Shown here piece after piece: positions 26,001 through 38,999 of a DNA stretch of 64,000 nucleotides. The notes beneath the pieces were generated by a model. That model was not told where the DNA came from. It ran no database searches and worked only from the letters and a program-made list of their open reading frames with translations. Every line of letters starts with the position of its first letter. The first letter of the stretch is position 1. Made by a program: the position numbers and the translations under genes. This DNA comes from Octopus sinensis. Taxonomy: Eukaryota. Location of the stretch: the NCBI RefSeq assembly GCF_006345805.1, contig NW_021833076.1, positions 62,001-126,000 of the forward strand, read 5' to 3'.

Positions 26001-29000
26001 GTAAAAATACACGCACTCGGAAAATAGCATTCGCCTCAGTCTGTCCAATATTTTACTTGGTGAGTCACTCTCCGACACGGTAAATTGAGATCCATTGCCA
26101 AAGTGAAATCGAAAATAACTGGGACTCAGATGTGTGACAATTTTATGCAAAATAATCTTGCATTTTGGCAGTATCAAATCACGTGTCGAGTCAAGACCTA
26201 AGAATGAGGGGTCTGAAAATACCAAGAACTGCAACATGAAGAACGAGTGGCGCAATTTAGAGAAACTCGGCGTCTGTCGTGTGCATTATAATTTCCTCTG
26301 ATATAAAGAGAGCAGAAAAACAGCTGAAATTGAGTGAATATAGAAACATGGGAAAATCGCGAAGGGAAATGGATTCCACTGGGAAGTAGTCTTTTAAGTT
26401 CATAAACAAGGACGGGTTCACAGAGAATAGCTCATCTTGATTACCAAAATCGTCTTCAGGAGGCAAACTGGTCGACCCGTCTTTGATATAAAGGGAATCC
26501 TCTTTAAGGAAGGAATAGTATGGAATTGTCAGCGTTCGAGTGAATCTGCAGTTTGTGGGAGTTGGACTAATCAAGTCAAGTTGGACCTTCTGTAAGACGA
26601 CGTGGGCAATGGGGGACTGGACTATCCACCGCATAATACAATTACTCTAAGAGTCCCCAATTGGCACTAACCACCAACATGAATTTATTTGGCATGACCA
26701 TGGCCATCATTTTGAGATATTCATAAATCACTTCAAAGTTGTTGTGTACTGAACTCAGAGTTGACCACAGACAACCAACTTGAACAGCATATGAATCCAT
26801 GAACTTACAACATAGAGTAGCACAATACCTTAACTGTGATGAACATGAGGTTATTAAGAACAAGGTCAGTAATTTGCACACCACGACTGCTCTCGCTAGT
26901 CCGGACCAATTGAATATTTGCGAGCCACGGCTGCAGGACTTGGAAAATTGCCAAAAGCACAGAGTGAGATGCGATCAAGATTTTAGCCGACAAATCTAAA
27001 ACAGGCAAATAATATTTTATAACATAAAAACGAAATCAACCACTGACCTGAAAAAATGTTAATTGAAAGATGATCAAAAATATGCGAAAACTGAGTGGAC
27101 GGGGACTGGAAGTGTACTCCCTCGGAGGGAGCGAGGACATTGAACAAGTAATCAGGAAGATCGAGAGTGGAGAGCATCTTGTTTGATGACATCTCTAACA
27201 GTAATTGATGGGAGAGAGTGACGGCGTCGTGGATAGGAAAACAGGAAACAACCAGTGAAAATACAAATAACTCTATAAATAGAGAACGAGGCAAATGACT
27301 AGGAATATAATGATAAAACCAACCAGGCCAATGCAAAGGGTGCAAAGGATATGTAGTAGCGGGAAAACTCGTGGACTGGGGAACTATAGCAGTGACATAT
27401 GATATAATGAATGTGCTGCGTATCACTTCTCAACAATCCTCCAAACAAATGGGAACACAACATAGCCTACAATGAGGAGACGAAATAACATTATTTTCAG
27501 CGGCTTCGTATAGGCCAAAAAAATATCGACCACAGAACTCTTCTGCGTCGAGGAATGCGCCACAAGAGACCAACCGAATTATGGCGTCATCACACATTTT
27601 GACCAGACCGATGTCGCCACTAGGGATTGGAATCCTCGGTCTAGAACGAATATGGATTATAATCTACGAAATAGATCCAATACTGTTTTCCACGTCACCA
27701 CGTGACTTCCACTCTGAAATGAATTCAAACATGTCGAGTCGGACATTTGGAGGAATTAAGCTAGTTCGAATAGAGTCTATAGGGATTATATCCAGCAATG
27801 GGGACCAGGCAGTTGGTCCACAAAGAGCGAAAAAAAGGCTAGAAACAAAAACTTCTGTTCATACAATCCCGAATTATTCGAGTCGAAACAACAGAAGGCC
27901 GAATGCCAGTTAACCAGGAATTCAACGACAACGGAAATAAAGTCAGTTCTTCCAATGTGAATTCTAAAATATACTCATCTCGGGCAACCTTATTTTCATA
28001 TAACCATTCCGACACAACTGGGTGAGAGTTCGAATCACATTTGAACAAATCAGCATTTTCCGTTTCCTTCGGGAACTCTTCTCAACTTTTTTGTCGACAC
28101 ACTCTCTCATAATGGGGGATAAGTCTGAAATAACGTCGCTGGGGTCATAAATGAGACCAACTAGATGTTGTGCGCTGACAAATGGCCGAGAGACACGATT
28201 GCACATTCTGACATTTCAGGACTCTCCCCTCGAAGTGCTGATATGAATAGTCGCAGCATTTGGAGACAGGACATTGTGCCCATGTTTACACTCGCAGAGC
28301 TTTCGGAGACGTCGGATTTATCCTTTAAGAACCTAGAATTGTAGAATGATGACCACTCGTAAGAGTCGTTCAACAATGTGCAGTAGATCACCGAAAAGCC
28401 CTGCCAAACGGACACGAAGGTACTCCCATACTTCCTTGTGACTAAACTACGGAATAATGACGTCGTTTCTGTCCTTCTAAATACAAATTAGCAAATCACT
28501 TGTAGATGTTGGAAGAATGATTCGAATTGTTGTATAAAGCTACGAGACGCAAATGGATGAGGTGGACTGCAGTTGAAAAGACAGGGGACTCTCTCGACTT
28601 GTGCAGAAGAATCGAGTGGAGGAGTTGAGAATATATCTGAATCCATAGACCGTGACCGTCCGCTATGGACTCGGAATAGTCATGTTTTTTGAACATGGAC
28701 AAATCAGTGAAGAACTGACAAACTCTCCAAACCCAATTCAACTCGCCAGCACAAGGATAAATCTCGGCCACCTGGAAAATCACGGAAATAATTACATTCG
28801 ATACTCCTAAAAACTCGGATAGAAAACCCGGAAGTATATTCACCAACTCTTTGTCGATTGCCGATTTCAGAGACATCTCGGAATGCTTACGGAATAAGGA
28901 GGTGAACTCTTACACAGGTCAACTCATCTGCGACAACCAGCAATTGACAGCCGAGGTGTTTGGACGAAGTCTCAGGGAGAGTTAGAAAAAAAAGAGCGGT

Positions 29001-31260
29001 GCCTTCAATCGAACTAATGAAACAAGTGTCCACTCCTGTGGCCTTTTCGACAAAGAAAATAAGCCTCCTGGCTAATGAATTATACATGTTGTAGTGGAAT
29101 ATGTCGACAGGGACATTGAAAATAATGCTCACAGATTCTACAAATAAGGAACACGAGGATACTCTCAATAACCAGGGGAATTGATTCTGGATAGTTCAAA
29201 ACGATCGCCTGAAGAGACTCGAACGAGGTCCTATTCGATTAGACAGGAAAACTCACGCTTGCACTTCTGGGTCGAAATGGAAGCATAGGTTGGCCAGGAA
29301 ATGAATGTAATCCGGATCAGGACCGAAGAATCGGGGAATTGCGGCAATACACGTCGAGAATAAGTTCATCCTCAATCCTTTCTCGGTCACATTTTCTCCT
29401 TCTTTAAGGGCAGGGTCCACCCGGGAGACGTGGAATGGCTGGCCGACGTGTTGATCAAGTAATTTGAGGATTATGGCGAAGGATCGGGTGATGGATGGAA
29501 GGAAAGGGGACAAGGCGGAGGCACTGTCGTCACTAAGTTTGCGTGTCTTGGTCAGTTTATTGCTCATCACTGCATTCAATCCCTTTGAATTGAAGCACAT
29601 TGTGCCATGATTGGATTGTCCTCCCTCTGCGATAGAGAGGAATGCACATATCCCCACGAGCATTCGCTGCAATGAGAATATGAGTGTACCTCCGGATATA
29701 TATAACGAATATTCCTGTTCACGTGAAGAAGGTCGTAAATGATCTCAGTCACCGCGAATTCAAGTTTGTCCTTAAAATATCACAACACCCAAACTTTGGC
29801 AATAAATTGGATTATTTTTACAAAAATGGCGATCGGACATTCCTTGGGGACAATGTTCTTCCCCCCGCGCGGGAAAATGGCGGAGGTGATAGACAAAAGT
29901 CGAGAACGCGTCGTCACGTTGTTTTCATAGTTAACCCGTGTGGTGTACACCCTAGCATTGAGCACAAGCACGCGACACCATGTCAGTCTATATATGGCCT
30001 CCAGGGCAATCCTCCGCTTCTTCTGGTCCTTGTTTTTCAAATTCGAAAAGCAAATCGACAAAAAGACCGGAAAGTTGGCAAGAAAAAACTCTTTGCAGCT
30101 CACTGATAAAAGGCATGCTGTAAGGGGGAAGAAGGACTTGATTGAACAAACAAAACAACGTTGTTAAAGCAACTTTTTTTGGAGGCCAGATAAAGGCTGG
30201 GCTCGTATAGCAGCGACACGAACTTTTTGATGGCCGGCACGTTGGCACTGTTGTTGATTTTCTAGAAATACTCAAACGGACTGACAGGAGCCATTTGAGA
30301 GAGCAAGTCCACAAACAAGGAAGAAATGGCATGGCGGATATTCCGGTCTTTGACTTTGATGAAATACTCCCCGATTTCGGTCAAAAAGTTAATTCCGTGG
30401 ATGAACTCGTCGAGACATGTCAGCTACACGTGAGAATGACAGTCCCACCTTTATTCTAAAATGTTTGATGGCGTGAAACAGCGAAATCAAATTCTGGGCC
30501 ACCAGAGGAGTCGATTCTGACGATTTCAGCTTGGAAAACTTTTCAGAGAATTTGATTCTGATAGTGTAGAGTCTGGTGTGTGAGAACTATGGGAGAACCG
30601 TGACTCGGAGACGACCCCCACGACCTCTGCAAACATTTCGAGGATGATATTGGCATCCTGAGTATCGAAGGGCATGCATCTGCCATGTTGAGGGGGGACT
30701 GACTCGTCGGAGTACTCAAAATGCCTGAATGCCTCGTCGACAACTTCATCGACAATCCGAGTGCAGCCGGGGTGGAGGGATAGCTTTATTGAGGACAGGA
30801 CGAGTACCTGGGTGAGTACCTCGGTCAGAACAATGCAGTATATATATTTGGTCAAGTGCTGCAGGCGGTTAATAGGGAATGTACGTTGTGCTTTTCCACA
30901 TTCTCGTCGATACTTGATTTAGAATAAATATGCATCACCCTGGCGTGGTCTCGATGATTTCGGCTCGATACCACGACTGCAGAGACTTGAGCACGGAAGG
31001 CAGACAGTTTTTCGACAGGAGGGAAACACTGGACACCAACTTGGACACTCAACTGTTCGCACTTACCTTCATAAAATAGGAGTCTCCGTGAATGTTCATT
31101 GCCTTATTCACTGGGCAGTTCTGCGGGTCACATTTAAGTAGAATACATAGGACGACTTGAGAGCAGTGTATATTTTGAACGAACTCAGGTTTAGTAATTC
31201 GGAAAAAACGTGTCGGACGAGGCTTTCCCCGGGGTTCGTGTTGCTCGTTTTGTTACTCAT
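23046..31260 (-). CDS. FRY: Furry/Tao3 scaffold protein (NDR/Hippo pathway)
   Basis: N-terminal NPGESLVRHVF, CLPSVLKSL, NVPAIKKFV, CFSNLKNKDQKKRRIALEAIYRLTW|VY, IFPRGGKNIVPKECPIAIFVKIIQFIA and NLFSTCIAAIPR; the C-terminus resembles the Fry end. The 5' 2.4 kb was traced through about 14 canonical 23-28 nt introns; the middle was not fully traced. Confidence 0.9.
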
Positions 31261-31362
31261 TTTTACACACCACTATCAATCAAATTATAATCTTCTTTTA
31301 ACTCTAGTACAGTTCTCAGAATAATATATTAATTAATTTGTGATTAAATTGTCAATTGAGGC

Positions 31363-32060
31363 ATGTTCAAGTCATCCAAAAAATGTGGACCACTGATAGC
31401 GCGATCGATATCACAAGACAATAAAATGTACGAAATCCATCACATGAAATATTACCAAGACTTGCTAGAGAAGCACAACCATGCCTCACCAATCAGGAAA
31501 ATCCTTCGACACCCTCTCTACAACACGGACGACAAACCGTTGATTGAACGGATTAACCAATTGGATATTCGTGGAAACGACAATAACCAAGACATGCCGC
31601 AAATATCGACTATTCTCGACTGGACAAGATCAGTGGAGTCGCACATTGCCCTCGAGAGGTGGGCAGCGTCCATCATCTCGAATGGCAGAGTTGATGGAGA
31701 GTGTCGACCCATCGAACGTGCAAGAATATTTAAAAACAATTTTGAAAAATACTTGCAATCGGGGAAAGAGCCCGAGGTAGAGCAGGACTCTGTTCAGGGC
31801 CCTTTATGGAGGAGTTTGAGCTCCATTTTGGGTTCAATTTCGCAAAGTGGTTGTGTTGGCTGTGGAGTATGGCACCCCTTTCTCAACTATAGTGGGAAAG
31901 TGGACTGTCTCATCCAATTGAGGTGGCATGTGTATGAGTATAACTAGCAATCTTCTGTGGTATGTCGCCTGCGTGAAAATAGTATCAAGAAACCAAGAAC
32001 TGTATGACATTCCAGTCAAACTCTCTGCAATCGCTGGAGCTATCAATTTCAGTCAGCAGT
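31363..32060 (+). CDS. Uncharacterised protein, divergent from FRY across a ~100-bp promoter
   Basis: A 194-codon ORF with protein-like composition starts right after an AT-rich gap. Family not recognised; 3' end approximate. Confidence 0.5.
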
Positions 32061-33068
32061 TTCCTTTTCAAGTTGTCAATTTGTTGTATAAAAGTGTTGC
32101 CGACTGATGGTCATTTGTGTTAATGTTTCCGGAGAACCAGCCACACTGCACGTGTTGGAGGACGACCAATGCCGGGCTTACTGGAATAACTACTTGTATC
32201 GTCTGGCTGCATTCAGACTAATGAGTCGGGACATTGTAGTAAACCAATAAAATCTTTGATTAATTTAAACATACGTAGAATAAATTATATGAGGGACAAA
32301 AAGATAGGTCCACTTTTATGGATAAACAGATGGCCTTTCTCACAATGAATCGTGCATATCCTGTCTAAAAGAATTTTAGATCTTTGTGTTTGTGTCGCTG
32401 CGATATAGGATAGTTTAGAAAATGAACATTCAAAATTGATAAATGAATGGTTAGAACTATTTTCTCCGTTATAGGATAGTCTCAACAGTACTAAGAATGC
32501 TCGGGGTGTTGTTAAAGACGCCCCTTCATGCTAAGTCGTGGAATTGACCACGAGGATGAAACAGTCATGACCCGCATAAGTTGAGGAAAACGGCGATAGG
32601 AAAATCCTCGAGAAAGCAGAAGGCAGGTTGTGGATTTCCCGGAAAATCACTTTTCAAGGTAGACAATCTAAATTTTACCATTTGATTTTTGTTAATAAAA
32701 TTAGAGTAACTGCGTGGGAAGGTTTCTTTAATGTCTATAGGGACAGTCCTTAAACCCGTCTGCAATGAATAAGGGAGTGGTCGTGTCCTGCATTAATTGT
32801 GACTATTTTATAAGCATCCTTGAAAGTGCACAAGAATTGACTAGGAGGAGTGTCACTAATATGGTAGAATAGTGTGCTGTGGATTTTGACGATTTTGTGT
32901 GGGTAGAGTTGAAATGACAGAATATCGACAACGTTAAGCAGGAAGGAAATATTTATAGCAAAAATATTACGTTTTTCGGAAAGGTCAGTTGTGTGACAAT
33001 TCACTTTTCTAGTTTAATTTGTGTTTAAATTTGTGTAAATATATTATATTTGCATATTTGTGACGTGG

Positions 33069-34538
33069 ATGGTTATTTCGAATGGCTATGTTCTGCTGTT
33101 CTCTCTATTGCTGACTGGAATGGATGTCTTGTATAGTTTCCACATAAATCGAGAATACTACCCCTCCATTAATTATTTATTCACGTCCAAGCTCTCCCTC
33201 ATGGTGCTCATTAGAGGAACTAAAATTGCAGATTATGGGATTTCAAGGTCTTGTAATTCTGTACGAGATTGGGCAGCTGACTGTGAGGTTATTAGTGGGG
33301 AGACTGCTTAGCGCGGAGATAGAAGTATTGGTAGATGTGATAGTTCAGACTATCAAGGATAAGTTCTTTGTTTTCTGCATGGAGGTGGGACTGATGGTCT
33401 CCTTCTCCTCCATCCACCAGACTGAGAAGAACTACTCCATTTATGTCTTCCTGCTGGTCACCATCCTCCAATGCTTCCATTGGATCCTCGCCATCAAAAT
33501 TGACTCGGTTGACTGTCGGGAGTGTTTGTAGATGCACCGAATGGCCAGAATATCCCCCTTATTCATGTTCCGCACTCTACTTTTAATTCTCATTCTTCTC
33601 TTCTGTGACTTGGCGAGTGTCATTCGGAGGGGACAGTTCTCGATATACTCCATCCTCTCCTTCGAGGTGGCCCTCATGACCATCGACCTCTTCAACTCGT
33701 CCTTTCGATTCTTCCTCTACTTGTACGACCACTTCAATGGGGACTCGGACTCCTCGGGGTGTCTCCTCTACGCGGACTGCTTCTTTGGTATCCTTCCACA
33801 TTTACTCAGTCTCCCTCAAATTCATATGCAATTTGTTGTACTGCATCGGACTCGTCTATTCCTCCTTCCTCCCTCTCCACTTGCTCAGGAGGACGTACAT
33901 ATTCTTCCAGTACTCGTCGTGCTAACTGGCAGCACGGCCTCTGTTCATTGGACCAACATCGTCAACTCCCGACATGTCATGGCCGTCCTGCAGCAGCCGT
34001 ATTGGCAGTTGATTATTCCAGACAATTCGATGCCCTCCAAAGTGACTTGGAGAGGGACGACATGTGCATCATTTGCAGGGAGCCCATGGTCCCCCTCGAA
34101 GCCAGGAAAATAATGTGTGGCCACGTTTTCCACATGCACTGTCTTCAACGGTGGCTCCAACAACAGCAGACATGTCCAATGTGTAGGGCGGACATCAAAA
34201 TCCCCACTCCTCCAAGTCCTGTCCTCACTGATTTGGCCGGCCTTCACCCTTTTAGCGTGGGTCAGATGCCCCTCATCCCCGAAATGTTGAATGGACTGAG
34301 TGATGCCGAATTGTCAATGATCGAGTCCATGGAGAGGAGTGCTATTCTCCACCGAATTGAGTGTCTGAGGGATATCAACAATCTGCTCAATGCCGCCGCT
34401 CTTCGCATGAACCAATACAATCTGTTGTTTCCCCCTTTAATGTGCAGAGTCGTGAATGCCCCCCCAGACCAGACGGGCGGATTGACACAGGAAGAGATCC
34501 GGCAGAGGAGAGTTGATGCCATCAGACGGGGACTATAA
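33069..34538 (+). CDS. SYVN1: ERAD E3 ligase HRD1/synoviolin
   Basis: Multi-TM N-terminus (YYPSINYL, LQCFHWI, SFEVALM, FLPLHLLRRTY) and RING-H2 CIICREPM...CGHVFHMHCLQRWLQQQQTCPMCR. Six introns of 22-28 nt. Confidence 0.92.
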
Positions 34539-34659
34539 CACTTTTAAATATATAAACATATTCGGAATATATAACACTCTTGTTCTATAGGGTCTTAATA
34601 ATTTATTTTCATTTGTGTAAAATTTAATCGGGTTGTGGTGGAATCGTGTTGTGTAATGG

Positions 34660-35270
34660 GAAACGAGAATTGGTTCGAACACAATGTATTTACTTATATC
34701 TACCAAAGTATCAATCACTCAATGATGTCGGCCAACTCGAAAGGGGGCTTGATGACTTGAAATCAACTTTGATGAAAATCCTATACGAAAACATGCAGAA
34801 TCAGAAAATTTCATCCCAATTGTTGAGTCAGGTAAACAAGGAAAGGAATATTTCAGCAACAACGACATGTAAAAAATATATACGAGGCAAATAATCGAAT
34901 CAGGCCAGTTGCTATGCGGAATCTCTCCTCGTTGCTCCCTGAGTTCGCCGACAACCTGCGAAGCTTTCAATCTGAGTTTGGAGAAAAATTGAATTTAGAA
35001 TTTCTGAAAGTGAGAATGAGGGGTGTACGACCTCCAACACATCTGTCAGTGTGGATGATAATTTGTAGTGCAAAACCAGTCTAGACAACAGATACGAGGA
35101 TGTCTGGTCCTCTAATATTCCTGGTATGGCGGAGGCCTAACCACGCAGAAACATCTTCCGCCACATCGATGAGCAGTTTCTACAATCAGTCGGATCAGTT
35201 CAGCACGTCACGCAAGGATACACTCAGGAATCTCCCTCCTGGTCGACCGCCTCGTCCTAACATTGATTAA
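34660..35270 (+). CDS. Probable small intron-containing coiled-coil gene, unidentified
   Basis: Coding-like segments (YQSLNDVGQLERGLDDLKSTLMKIL; LPEFADNLRSFQSEF) separated by GT...AG micro-intron-like stretches. Confidence 0.35.
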
Positions 35271-35736
35271 TGGCCTCACTTTTCACACTAATAATTACGT
35301 CTACTCAATATGTGCTAGGGAACGTGTGTTCTATCGTGGCCTCTCTTCCAACCTGATCGGAATTTGTTAATTTATCCTTCATTATCGGACAGATCAAGTT
35401 CTATAAAATTTCAATCTTTAAATATTTGTTTTCAAATAGAATATTGAATAAAAAGCAACATGTTGGATGTGTTGACACATGATTGTGTCAATCTTTATTT
35501 TGAAATGAAAAACGAGGTTTTACAAAGTAATCTATAATTCCAAGGGAAAAATATTCATCTACTTTCAATCGATTTTGTTAATATTTATTTTGCTAATGTG
35601 CCTTTCTGCTCGTTCTTCGTGCTGTTCGAGTATACGAGTATTGGCATAATTATTAGGCCATGTCAATCATTTGAACTTTGCAATTTTCGATTTCCTTTGG
35701 TTTGCTTATTAATTATAGAACAGTGTCTGCGTCAAC

Positions 35737-36384
35737 ATGGTCACCACCCTCTTTGTCAACAAAAAACCGAATAGATATTATAATCTGGGGTAATTTCACC
35801 TAAACATTCAGATGTGACCATTTTGATGTGCTTGCAGTTTTCGTGTCGGGGAATGTTTGCATTTTCGGCACATTTCTGGTATTGAAGAATATGTAAGCAA
35901 AGAGTAGTGTTATTCGTAGAGGAGAATACTCTTGTCAGATACAGGACAATCGAATGATGTGTTTCCAGACTATCTCCTACTTGTTACATGTATGTTTGGT
36001 GAAATATGTGCCGGGCGGGGCGTTAAACCAGGCGAATTCGAGTGTAGAACTGAATATAATCCAATCGCACATTTCAGTGCTCAGGTCTCTCTACTCCCCG
36101 ACATAATTAGAACCACCAATCCAATATTTCTAATGCGCACATTATCTCTGGGATTTACTTTATGTTCGTACATTTCGCAGTCTGCCCATGCGGACGTGAT
36201 AACAGCACTCATTCTCTCATTCCTCACGTTTGCCACGATAGGCCCATTTGTCATCCATTCGGGGAGAATATTGGCACACGTATGGATGTCTGCCTATTAT
36301 GTAGGTTATACCTCCAGAATGCAAAGAACGAGTCGAGAATCTGACCAAAGAGTGCTCTACCCTCGACGGTGTTTTGGAAATTAG
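35737..36384 (+). CDS. Possible membrane protein, unidentified
   Basis: Hydrophobic ORF 35932-36384 with several TM-like segments; no family recognised. Confidence 0.3.
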
Positions 36385-37070
36385 GAATGAATATTTCTGG
36401 AATACATCATTTAGACAATCTGTACCTCTGTGGGTGGCTACATCCTAGGCTGCCTCTTGTCATGTCAGAATAAAAAATAATGCCGATAGTCAGGTCGTAA
36501 TGGCCAGTCTCGCTTCGAGATTTAGTCAGTTGTTTGAGAATACTACTATCCAAACATTTGTGGGTGATTACTGTGTGGAGAATACTGTCCACCACGGATG
36601 TCACTGCAGTCATTAATAATTGTGTTTATTTTTTAATTAAACACGTCTTTTGCAACGCTACAATTATATAGCACCTTGATGTTGTTTTATAAAGGGGAAT
36701 GGACGCGTGTCAGGACGTGGATAGTTTCCAGAAATACAATTCAAAATAGAAAAACTACGATTTTAAAGAAAAGTTGGGAAATTAAAGGTCTGTACAATAA
36801 ACTAAATTAATATACAGTTAGATTAGATAAGAAAAAATAAAGAATCTGAGTAAGGTTAGGATTAGGGTTGGGACTAGAATTAGAGTAGAATTAAAATGGC
36901 GATTAAGAGTAGGGAAGAGCATGTTTTACTTAGATAAAGACTAATTATTTATCAATTGAACTAATTAATGCGTCCTCTTACTCCATTCTCCTCCTCTTTG
37001 AGCCAATCTCTTCGATGGGCACACTCATCCATCTCACAGGGTTGGCCTCTTCTGTGGTCGTTCTCAAGTT

Positions 37071-38100
37071 CTACTCAATGACCTCACTTGGCAGAGCCTC
37101 TTCCGTTGTTCCATTTGTAAAACGAGTCGTTTGGCATTCTTCTGGCGGGATCATTCCAAATTTGTGTTCTACACGCATACTCTCCAATGTTTTTCTGATA
37201 ACCACCGACTGAATGTAAGCTCGTGTAAGTTCTTCCAAACCAATAGTATCGCAGTGATGTTTATAGTATTTACTCACAACACCATCCCACGTTAGTACCA
37301 ATGGTACTATGGTTACCTTGGCTTTGTGGATTAATCCCAGTTCACTGGCAAGCAGGTCGTACTTGTGGAGCTTTTCCACTTCGACTTGCTTCAATTTTTT
37401 TTGAGAGGTGATTCCAATCTCTATAAGCGTGATTGTGTTCCTCATTTTGTCAAGTACAAAGATATCCGGCTTGTTATTCTCAACCTTCGTATCCGTATTA
37501 ATTGTCGTGTCAACACGAATCTCCACAGAGTTATTCGCAACCACTGATTGAACAGAGTGGGTTTTCAATTTCTTAGATTTCTTGATTCCATACTCCCTGC
37601 ATAGATGTAGATGTACACATTTCACTACTTCGTTGTGTCGTCGTAAGTAGTCACTATTCAGCATTCGACCACACCTCGTTGCTAAGTGGTCAACAGTCTT
37701 TTTGGAAGAGTTACAGTGACTGCAAATTGCCCCAACATTGTCGAAAAATAGATTACGGTCCTGTATAAAGCACAGCAAAGCCTCAGATCTTGGTGAATTA
37801 TTTCCATGTGATAACCAATGAGAGGATTCTGCAACATTGACATTGGAATCAAACAATCAAAGAGAATTGCATGTAATGTTTTTTTTCATTATTTGCTCAA
37901 TTAAGCTGTTCTTCTGCAATTCTCTCAGCATGTTCAAATCAAGGCTTCCAATATCTTGGATGTTGTATTTGCGCTTGAGGTATTCAGCAATTGTGGCCAA
38001 ATGTGTTCTCTTTGAATTGATGACCATTTACGCATCAAAACAGGAAATGCCTGTTGCGTTTATTTGCCAAGATATTGCCAACGTGTTCTTTTTCCTCAAG
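37071..38100 (-). mobile_element. 5'-truncated RLE-type (R4/Dong-like) non-LTR retrotransposon: zinc knuckle plus restriction-like endonuclease
   Basis: CSHC..TVDHLATRC, YLRRHNEVV, NKPDIFVLD..TLIEIG..EKLHKY (PD-(D/E)xK) and VLTWDGVV. An upstream frame continues to about 38100; no RT core remains. Confidence 0.85.
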
Positions 38101-38145
38101 TTAATAATAAAAATTGGGATTAAATCAAAAGGGGTGGTTTTAGAC

Positions 38146-38840
38146 CAGCGGTTCTCAAATGCGGCCCCCGGGGCCGCATGTGGCCCCCAGGATTTTTTTT
38201 GCGGCCCCTCTAGAGTAACTAACTTTTTAAATTTTTTAATAATGTTAAAATTTAATTATTTATTCTTAAGGTTAAACATATCCATAATTGGTGATTTAAT
38301 TAATCAATTTGAAGCACGTTTTGGGGTACATTTATATAAATTTAATTTTTAAAATTTTAAAGAATTCTTTCCTTTAATGAAAATATTTGCAACTCCATTC
38401 AGCGTGGAAGTTAGAAATGCGCCTGCAAAGTTTCAACTAGAACTCATTAATTTACAACATGATATAGAACTGGCGGCATTGTTCAAAAATGCGTCCATTA
38501 TTAATTTTTACGAATCAAACAATTCTACGTCAGCTTTTACGAACTTCTTCGACTTTACTTATTCTGGATTTCAAAAACTTAATAAACAAATAATATTTTC
38601 TTTTTAGTTACAACGCCTTTTGTAGATTTTTTAGCTTTTATTTCTTTATAAAGGAAATGGAAACTAAAAAAAAAAAAGAGTCCAAAAACTCATTACGCAT
38701 CAGCAGTGGTTGCATTTCGGATTGCAAGCAAGTTACCGGCTTGGAAAATATAAAATTATATAAAATATTTTTTGTGCGGCCCGCGAAGCTAATCTTAATT
38801 ATCGATTTGGCCCTTGAGCTAAAAAGGTTGAGAACCCCTG
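38146..38840 (+). mobile_element. Non-autonomous hAT (Charlie group) deletion derivative
   Basis: TIRs cagcggttctcaa / ttgagaacccctg; perfect 8-bp TSD ttttagac (38138-38145, 38841-38848); subterminal gcggccc motifs; internal transposase relic FATPFSVEVRNAPAKFQLELINLQHD. Confidence 0.92.
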
Positions 38841-38999
38841 TTTTAGACTATAACTAGACAATGCAGTTATTTTGAACTGCCGGCGCATAAGATGGCCTGG
38901 CAGTTCCCTCGGACGATCGCCAACGAGAAAGATGACGAGTCTCTTTGGAAAAGATGACGAGTCTCGTTGGGAATGTGCCATCAAAGTCTAAGCCCCGTT

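Noticed and set aside
32285-33004. Possible gene divergent from HRD1
   Set aside because: Coding-like fragments, but I could not build a consistent spliced model or identify a family.
38905-38945. Tandem 16-bp duplication aaagatgacgagtctc
   Set aside because: Only two units with no unique spacers or cas genes; a local slippage event, not CRISPR.
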